DNA from: Fibrobacter sp.
GTDB taxonomy: Bacteria; Fibrobacterota; Fibrobacteria; Fibrobacterales; Fibrobacteraceae
Assembly (NCBI RefSeq): GCF_045112255.1
Contig: NZ_JBGUHR010000015.1
Location: 863 to 64,862 of the forward strand
DNA: 64,000 bases
Direction of reading: 5' to 3'
Numbering within the stretch: position 1 is the stretch's first letter; every line of letters begins with the position of its first letter. This document shows, piece after piece, positions 57,270-64,000 of this stretch. The notes under the pieces were generated by a model, which was given only the letters and a program-made list of their open reading frames with translations, was not told the DNA's origin and searched no databases. The position numbers and the translations under genes were made by a program.

Positions 57270-59008
57270 TAAAAATCCACGTTTTTCCAGCCTTCGGCGC
57301 CAAAGCGAAGGTCGCGTTCCACGAATTCCCAAATCAAGAGCTTCTTGCCCTTGAGTACGCTAGCCTTGCGAGCAAGCTTTTCACGCACGAGCGTCGAGGC
57401 GCCACCGTCACTCACGATGCTTGCAACACGGGCGTTCATGTTCTTCGCAAAATGAGCAATCCATCCGGCGTTCACCGGCGAATCGGTCTGGTAAATGCGG
57501 CTGAAGCTATCACCGAGAATCAAGATTTCGGACTTGCGGAAATCGTCCTTGAAGGGAGTGATTGTAGTGTCGTAAAGTACGGTGTCTCGTTCGCAAAGCG
57601 CAGACTGCGCTGTAAAGCAAGAATCGTTCTTTTTGCAAGCGCTCTTTGCAGCATCGATACAAGTCGAATCCACCGGGAGCTTTTCGGTGCGTTCCTTGAT
57701 ATTCTGCAGAGAAACGACATGCCCAGTCACCTGTTGCATCTTGAACACATTGAACTTGTTAAGCCCGCTCATTTCGCCCACGTCACCCATGCGGTCGGCG
57801 ACGGAATCTGCAGCAATGTAGCGCACATCATCCTTTCCGCGGAATTTGACTGTTCCTGCATCCACCATCTCGCGGACTTTCTTCGCAATCACATCAGCCG
57901 CAAGTTCAGCACCACGCGGAGTCCAGTGCGTATCGTCGTTCAGGTAAAGCGCACCTAGCTTGTCGTCGTCAGCCTTCGCTGCCAAAAGCGGCGTGTACAA
58001 ATCCACCGTGTTAAAGCCAGCATGCGTGAGCGAATCGAGAATTTTCTTGCCGTGCGACTGAAGTCCGGCGGCGTTTTCAACTGCGGCAACATTTCCAAGA
58101 CCAGCATTTTCGGCACCCGCGACTCGAGAATTGCGCCCCGTCAAGCGCTCGGTATAGATGCTCGGCTTGCCCGGCGTAATCACCACGAGCAATTCCACGC
58201 CCTTCGCCTTGAGCTGGTCGCGGAACTTTTCAATCGCCTTCACCGGATTGTCGAGCTTTGCACTGCGCACATCAAGCGGAGACGGTTGCACCAGGAATTC
58301 CACATCCTGACGGTAGAAAAGCCACTTGTCTTCGGGCTTGGCCTCTTCCCTGCCGCACGACTTGCCGATGCAATCGCCCGCAGCACCGAGAACGACCTTC
58401 TCGCCCGGATCGCTAAAGAGATTCCACACCGCAAGCTGGTACTTCGGGCGCAAAGCCAACACAATAGCGCTCTCGTCATCAATCTTATTTTCAAAAGCAC
58501 GCAAATAGCGGCTCGTCCACACACCGTAATGTTTCACATCCAGGAACGCACGCCACAGCGACACATGCCCAAGGTCAGCCACGAGCGACTTGATGCAAGA
58601 ATCCGCCTGCGGGAATGATTCCGGTTCGTCCTCCAGCTTCGAAAGCAGCGTATCCGCCAACTTGAGGCTCTTGTAACGAGCTTCAGATGTATCGAGTTCG
58701 GCATACGTATTCACCGAAAGCACAGCCGCTTCCAAGTCCGAAAGCGAAGACATCACAGGCTCCAGCGCATCGGCCACTTCTGCACCCGCAGCAATCGCCT
58801 CACGCGCCGCCCGCCACTTCACATCGAGCGAGTCCGCAGCCGCAGCGACCTTTTTCTCGCGCACAATCGGAGCGTAAACCACATCCTTGAAAATGTCAAA
58901 CGGCTGGAAACGCTTTTCGCCACGCAGGTCATTCACCGCCTGCACGCCAAACGGGAGCAACAGCAAAATCGAAAAAATAACGACAGGGATAATATATTTC
59001 TTATTCAC
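57269..59008 (-). CDS. AlgX/AlgJ-like SGNH polysaccharide O-acetyltransferase
   Basis: WLFY, P.K..IY.E.L, DTHWT..GA, LGDSFS, IWEFVER; N-terminal TM. Confidence 0.85.
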   Translation of the reverse strand: MNKKYIIPVVIFSILLLLPFGVQAVNDLRGEKRFQPFDIFKDVVYAPIVREKKVAAAADSLDVKWRAAREAIAAGAEVADALEPVMSSLSDLEAAVLSVNTYAELDTSEARYKSLKLADTLLSKLEDEPESFPQADSCIKSLVADLGHVSLWRAFLDVKHYGVWTSRYLRAFENKIDDESAIVLALRPKYQLAVWNLFSDPGEKVVLGAAGDCIGKSCGREEAKPEDKWLFYRQDVEFLVQPSPLDVRSAKLDNPVKAIEKFRDQLKAKGVELLVVITPGKPSIYTERLTGRNSRVAGAENAGLGNVAAVENAAGLQSHGKKILDSLTHAGFNTVDLYTPLLAAKADDDKLGALYLNDDTHWTPRGAELAADVIAKKVREMVDAGTVKFRGKDDVRYIAADSVADRMGDVGEMSGLNKFNVFKMQQVTGHVVSLQNIKERTEKLPVDSTCIDAAKSACKKNDSCFTAQSALCERDTVLYDTTITPFKDDFRKSEILILGDSFSRIYQTDSPVNAGWIAHFAKNMNARVASIVSDGGASTLVREKLARKASVLKGKKLLIWEFVERDLRFGAEGWKNVDF

Positions 59009-59047
59009 GGGAAATAAAATAGAATTTTGCAGTGATGTTACTAGTTA

Positions 59048-60553
59048 CTACTTTTCGTTAACTGTTTTAATTTCGCTCCATTTGGCGTTATTGCCGATGT
59101 TGCGGATTAAGCGGAAACCGGCTAAGAGTGAACTTCCTGATTTGTAATGTCCATAATCGAAATCTTTCCAATAAGAGATATTGTTAAAACTTATGTTTGG
59201 GGCTGTAACAACTCGATAACCACCTCCTTTCATGCAACTTATATTGCTGAAGTTGTATCTAAGGTATTTCTTTAATAAAACATTTTCTTGAACAAGGCCA
59301 AATATGTCATAAAGACCATATCCGTTAGGTAACAATTGACCAACAGGTTCTGTATCTTCATATTCGTGTTGTTCTTTGACGAAGTCTGAAAACTTGGCAT
59401 ATTTTGTAGCCTCTTCAAAAGTTGCAGTAACATCTCCCCAAGGCGCTTTCTTTTTTGTGTCCCCTCCTCGGGCGAACATCATCCATTCGTCGTAATAAGG
59501 GAGTCTATATCCATCGGACGTCTTATCTTCTGTAACCTTTATGTATGGATTAGGGTAGAAATATTCATCTCCATCAAAAAATCTCGTTCCGTAGTCTTTA
59601 AAGTCCCAATAGGTTATTATATATCCATTGGTTAAAATTGCAGGGCTATGGGCTTCGATTGGCGAAAAATGATAATATGGCTTAAGCCCTTCTTTAATAC
59701 TGCGAGCATTAGCGTATTTCATAGCCTGCTGTACGGATAGCATGTTAGCGGCGGTGTCATGCGCTATACAATTTTCATTTCGGATACTGCGTTTTTTTCT
59801 TGACAACCATTTTTTATGGTGCTTTTGAAAATCCCAATATTCATATGTTGCTTTTTCTGGAATGCTATCCCACATCAATTGTGTGAACTCGCAGTTTGTG
59901 ACGGGGTACTTATCTACTAAGTACGTTCCGGTAACGGAAACAAGCCTTTCAGGATCTTCATTTTGGGGGCCACAAGGTACTGCTCCGTACTCCCCTGCAT
60001 TGCAAACCATTTGCATCTGTAATTCTTTTTCGGAGTATCGATTAAAACCTAACAGAACTTTTTCATTCTTGAAATTCAAATACTTCATCCCGACCGCTAA
60101 ATTGATTTTCTTCGAACGATCCGCTTCTGAGAAATACACATTAACAGTTTCAACTCCAATAAGCATCGGGGCTTGGAATGCAAGACAGGAATCGCTAGAT
60201 ATAGTCGCATTCAATGATGTTTCCCACGCGACAACAGGCCCGTCAACACAAATTTTGACGATTTCGTTTTTCTCCACTTCGAGCCAGTTTTCTTTGCTCA
60301 AAGTATCGCGGCTTACATTAAATATTCTTTGAATTTTATTTTCAGGAATCTTTTCCAGATTTTTTCTCGGTTTGACACCTTCAACCGGCGTTTTCACCAA
60401 AATCGTGCCATGAAATCTTTCGGCGAGCCCAACAAGTTTTGAATACTCCAAGCTATCCTTATACGCACCGCGACATTCCCCATACTTGTCGTAATAGAAT
60501 TGAGCATTCGCAAGTGCAAAGCACATCGTTAGGAGCAACAAAATACATTTCAT
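59048..60553 (-). CDS. Secreted FGE-sulfatase (SUMF1) domain protein
   Basis: Signal peptide; PVTN, GYRLP..DEW..ARGG, PVG...PNGYGLYD..G.V.E, GFRL. Confidence 0.8.
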   Translation of the reverse strand: MKCILLLLTMCFALANAQFYYDKYGECRGAYKDSLEYSKLVGLAERFHGTILVKTPVEGVKPRKNLEKIPENKIQRIFNVSRDTLSKENWLEVEKNEIVKICVDGPVVAWETSLNATISSDSCLAFQAPMLIGVETVNVYFSEADRSKKINLAVGMKYLNFKNEKVLLGFNRYSEKELQMQMVCNAGEYGAVPCGPQNEDPERLVSVTGTYLVDKYPVTNCEFTQLMWDSIPEKATYEYWDFQKHHKKWLSRKKRSIRNENCIAHDTAANMLSVQQAMKYANARSIKEGLKPYYHFSPIEAHSPAILTNGYIITYWDFKDYGTRFFDGDEYFYPNPYIKVTEDKTSDGYRLPYYDEWMMFARGGDTKKKAPWGDVTATFEEATKYAKFSDFVKEQHEYEDTEPVGQLLPNGYGLYDIFGLVQENVLLKKYLRYNFSNISCMKGGGYRVVTAPNISFNNISYWKDFDYGHYKSGSSLLAGFRLIRNIGNNAKWSEIKTVNEK

Positions 60554-60577
60554 ACAATGGAATATACAAAATTACGG

Positions 60578-60655
60578 ATTCCCTTCGCTCTGCTCCGAAG
60601 ATGATGCCGTAAGGAGAATTTTACTGGATCCTTCCGCTTCGCGTCAGGATGACGG
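60578..60655. repeat. REP-like elements
   Basis: CTGGATCCTTCCGCTTCGCGTCAGGATGACG plus a degenerate copy. Confidence 0.65.
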
Positions 60656-60789
60656 CTTCGTGGATAACACGCCTATAGCGCACTGCACACGCGAGCAATT
60701 ACCCAAAATTCGTCAAATTGCGCGTTTTATCGCCATAAACGCAAAAAGACATTTTCAAATAATGAAAAAAAACTAAATTTGGCTTCACT

Positions 60790-63700
60790 ATGAATACTTC
60801 TATGAACGATTTATGGGTGGGTGTCGACGTAGGCTCCACCACTGTGAAAATTGCTGTAGTCGATCCCGAGACATCTAAGCTTTTACACTATACATATCAG
60901 CGTCATAACGCCATGCAGGCGCAGAAGGTCTATGAGGTCCTGCGCGAAGCCCATGCCCTTTTCCCGGGCAAGAACTTCAGGGTCACGTTCTGCGGTAGCG
61001 GCGGTCAGCCGTTCGCCGAGGCCACTCACGCCTTCTTTGTGCAAGAAGTAGTCGCAAACGCACTTGCTGTGCGTGCCACCTACCCCGATTCCAGGGTCGC
61101 CATCGAACTTGGCGGTCAGGATGCCAAGGTTGTCTTCTTCGAAAAGGACAAGACCACCGGCAAACTCATCGCCTCCGACATGCGCATGAACGGTGTCTGC
61201 GCCGGCGGTACGGGTGCATTTATCGACCAGGTCGCGGAGCTCCTCCGCATCAAGACGGAAGTATTCGAAAGCTACGCCAAGCGTGGCCAAAAAGTCTATG
61301 AAATCTCGGGCCGTTGCGGCGTGTTCGCCAAGACGGACATCCAGCCGATGCTCAACAACGGCATCGCCAAGGAAGATATCGCCCTTTCGAGTTTCCACGC
61401 CATTGCAAAGCAGACCATCGGTGGCCTCGCCCAGGGTATGGAAATCAAGCCGCCTGTCATTTTTGAAGGTGGCCCGCTCACATTTAACCCGACTCTCGTG
61501 AAGGCATTCAAGGAACGCTTGGGCATCTCCGATGAACAGGCGATTGTTCCGGAACATTCCGAAGTGCTCGTCGCCATGGGCGCCGCTCTCGCTAACGGCT
61601 CCATGTTCGCAAACCAGGAATGCATGTACCGCGAAGAGGGGTCTCTCGACGCGCTCGTTCACTTTAACGAAATCCGCCAGGCCGAGAACAAAGCCAAGGC
61701 AGCCTCCGACCTTTTCTTCCAGAGCGAAGCAGAATACAAGCTGTTCCTGGAAGAACACAAGATGGCGGACAACCATTACCCGCAGCCGCCTTCCGGCACG
61801 ACCATCAACGCCTACTTGGGCATTGACGCAGGTTCTACAACCACGAAGTTCGTGCTCATCGACGAAAATGAAAAGGTCATCGACGGCTTCTACGCAAGTA
61901 ACGACGGTGAACCGCTCGCCGTCTTGAAGCGCGCCATGGTGGACCTCGCCGACCGCTATGAAGAATACGGCGTGAAGCTCAACATCTTGGGCGTGGGTAC
62001 AACCGGTTACGGCGAACAGCTCTTTGCAAAGGCTGTCCATGCGGACTACCACACGGTGGAAACAGTCGCCCACGCAAACGCAGCACAGCGCCTCTGCCCT
62101 GACGTCTCGTTCATCTTGGACATCGGTGGCCAGGACATGAAGGCCATCTCCGTGCAGGACGGTGTCGTCACGGGCATCATCCTCAACGAAGCCTGCTCCT
62201 CGGGTTGCGGTTCATTCATCGAAACTTACGCCCGCAGCCTCGGCATCCCGATGGAAAAGATTGCGGAACTCGCATTCAACTCCAAGAGCCCGTCTCAGCT
62301 CGGTAGCCGCTGCACCGTGTTCATGAACAGTTCCATCATCACGGAACAGCGCGACGGTAAGCAGCCCGAAGACATCATCGCGGGTATCTGCCGTTCCATC
62401 ATCAACAACGTCTTTACGAAGGTCATCCGTATCCGCAACTTAAGCACACTCGGCAAGAAGGTCGTGGTGCAGGGCGGTACGTTCAAGAACAACGCCGTTC
62501 TCCGCGCCTTCGAACAGTACACGGGCCTCAAGGCCATCCGTCCGGAACGCCCGGGCGAAATGGGCGCAATCGGTATCGCTCTCCTCACGAAGAAGTTCAT
62601 GGAAGAAAAGCGTGCCGCCGACCCGAACGTGCAAAGTAAGTTTATCGGGCTTGAAGCCATGAAGACCTTCAGCTGGCACAACCAGCCAGGTCAGCTCTGC
62701 CAGTACTGCACCAACCACTGCTCCCGCACTATCGTCACGTTCAGTGACGGTCAGAGCTTTGTGACGGGCAACCGCTGCGAACGCGGCGAAGTCACCGCCG
62801 ACCCGAACGATCCGGCAACGAAGAAGCTCATCGCCGAAATCAACAAGAAGATGCAAGCCGTGCCGGACATGATCAAGCGCACAAACCAGCTCTTGGTCAA
62901 GGACTACGCTCCGCAGATTCTCTTGCCGCAGAACGGAAAGACCATCGGTATCCCGCGCGTGCTCGAATTCTGGAACAGCCTCCCCTACTGGAAAGCATTC
63001 TTCACCGCCCTTGGCTACACCGTTGTCGTGAGCCGCCAGAGCGACTACAAGATGTTCGAAGCAGGTCTCCATAGCGTGCCTTCGGATACGGTCTGCTTCC
63101 CCGCCAAGCTCGTCCACGGCCATGTGCTCAGCCTCATCGAAAAGAAGGTCGATCGCATCTTCTTCCCGATGATGATTTCGCTCCCGAGTGACCACACCAA
63201 GTTTAACGCCACGACGGTCTGCCCGGTCGTACAAGGCTACCCGAACATCTGCCAGAACACAGACGAACCTGAAAAGAATTACGGCATCCCGATGGACCAG
63301 CCGATTTTCCACTGGGCAAACACGAAGCTCCGCAGAAGCCAGACGATCGACTGGTTCCACGACAACTGGAACATCGACAAGAAGATTTTGGACAAGGCCG
63401 TCACGGAAGGCGAAAAGGCACTCAACAACTACCGCACCACGCTCCTCGAAGAAGGCCAAAAGATTCTCGACGACGTGAAGGCAAACGACACCTTTGCTGT
63501 TGTAATTGCAGGCCGCCCCTACCATGCCGACTTGCTCATCAACCACAACATAGCAAGCCACTTTACCGCAATGGGCATTCCGGTGCTCACCACCGAATCG
63601 CTCCCGGGCGTTTACGATCAGGACGTTCCGAGCCACACCCGCGTGGAAATCAAGAACACGTTCCACTTGCGCATGCTCGGTGCAACGATGATTGCATCAA

Positions 63701-64000
63701 GAGATCCGCATGTTGAACTTGCCCAGATCGTGAGCTTCGGTTGCGGACATGATTCCGTCTTGACCGACGAAATGATGCGCATGATGCACCGCGATTCCAA
63801 CAAGGAAATGCTCATGCTCAAGCTCGACGAAGGCGACGCCCGCGGCCCGGTCGGCATCCGCATCAAGAGCTTTATCGAAACCGTGAAGGCCCGCCGTGCG
63901 GCAAACCTCCCGGAAAAACCGATTTCGAACGAGCCGCAGTTCCACACGCCTTTCGTTGCAAGCGACAAGAACAAGCGTATCATCTTGACGCCGAACCTCT
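60790..64000 (+). CDS. 2-hydroxyacyl-CoA dehydratase activase-like protein (tandem BadF/BadG/BcrA/BcrD ATPase domains plus DUF2229); runs off window
   Basis: Manual translation: GVDVGSTTVK, ELGGQDAK, CAGGTG, GIDAGSTTTK, DIGGQDMK, CSSGCGSF, CFPAK. Confidence 0.9.
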   Translation, partial: MNTSMNDLWVGVDVGSTTVKIAVVDPETSKLLHYTYQRHNAMQAQKVYEVLREAHALFPGKNFRVTFCGSGGQPFAEATHAFFVQEVVANALAVRATYPDSRVAIELGGQDAKVVFFEKDKTTGKLIASDMRMNGVCAGGTGAFIDQVAELLRIKTEVFESYAKRGQKVYEISGRCGVFAKTDIQPMLNNGIAKEDIALSSFHAIAKQTIGGLAQGMEIKPPVIFEGGPLTFNPTLVKAFKERLGISDEQAIVPEHSEVLVAMGAALANGSMFANQECMYREEGSLDALVHFNEIRQAENKAKAASDLFFQSEAEYKLFLEEHKMADNHYPQPPSGTTINAYLGIDAGSTTTKFVLIDENEKVIDGFYASNDGEPLAVLKRAMVDLADRYEEYGVKLNILGVGTTGYGEQLFAKAVHADYHTVETVAHANAAQRLCPDVSFILDIGGQDMKAISVQDGVVTGIILNEACSSGCGSFIETYARSLGIPMEKIAELAFNSKSPSQLGSRCTVFMNSSIITEQRDGKQPEDIIAGICRSIINNVFTKVIRIRNLSTLGKKVVVQGGTFKNNAVLRAFEQYTGLKAIRPERPGEMGAIGIALLTKKFMEEKRAADPNVQSKFIGLEAMKTFSWHNQPGQLCQYCTNHCSRTIVTFSDGQSFVTGNRCERGEVTADPNDPATKKLIAEINKKMQAVPDMIKRTNQLLVKDYAPQILLPQNGKTIGIPRVLEFWNSLPYWKAFFTALGYTVVVSRQSDYKMFEAGLHSVPSDTVCFPAKLVHGHVLSLIEKKVDRIFFPMMISLPSDHTKFNATTVCPVVQGYPNICQNTDEPEKNYGIPMDQPIFHWANTKLRRSQTIDWFHDNWNIDKKILDKAVTEGEKALNNYRTTLLEEGQKILDDVKANDTFAVVIAGRPYHADLLINHNIASHFTAMGIPVLTTESLPGVYDQDVPSHTRVEIKNTFHLRMLGATMIASRDPHVELAQIVSFGCGHDSVLTDEMMRMMHRDSNKEMLMLKLDEGDARGPVGIRIKSFIETVKARRAANLPEKPISNEPQFHTPFVASDKNKRIILTPNL

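Noticed and set aside
60883..63666. Two ~400-aa minus-strand ORFs
   Set aside because: Antisense to the long activase CDS, which the track omitted, probably because it runs off the window

Overview
Bacterial chromosomal window, probably from a Fibrobacter-like organism. That assignment is inferred from the gene content, a Fibrobacter-type LexA box at ruvA and the repeat style; it is not verified. Bases 1-22.5 kb and 55.5-64 kb are mostly housekeeping genes (ddl, tsaB, rimI, GH9, ruvAB, aminotransferase, FHA-ABC plus Ser/Thr kinase, yraN, Sua5/YciO, tRNA-Arg, pmbA, AlgX-like, CoA-activase). The centre (about 23-55.4 kb) is an accessory region built around an apparently complete minus-strand extracellular contractile injection system (eCIS, Afp/PVC-like; Afp16, sheath, two tubes, Afp6-15 equivalents). 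Downstream of it lie a catalytically degenerate GH18-like membrane protein, a 73-aa stand-alone 'leader' ORF, and three DUF4157 polymorphic cargo genes with near-identical N-termini and AT-rich variable C-termini. Two of these C-termini carry a clan-CD-like His/Cys protease motif; the third has novel repeats and a putative RNase-like tip. Flanking genes encode two calpain-like proteases, a divergent LuxR-TPR regulator, a cytolysin domain-4-like small protein and a permuted NlpC/P60 enzyme. No immunity or lysis genes are evident, which suggests (by inference) a eukaryote-directed system. All family assignments come from motif recognition by eye, not database searches.
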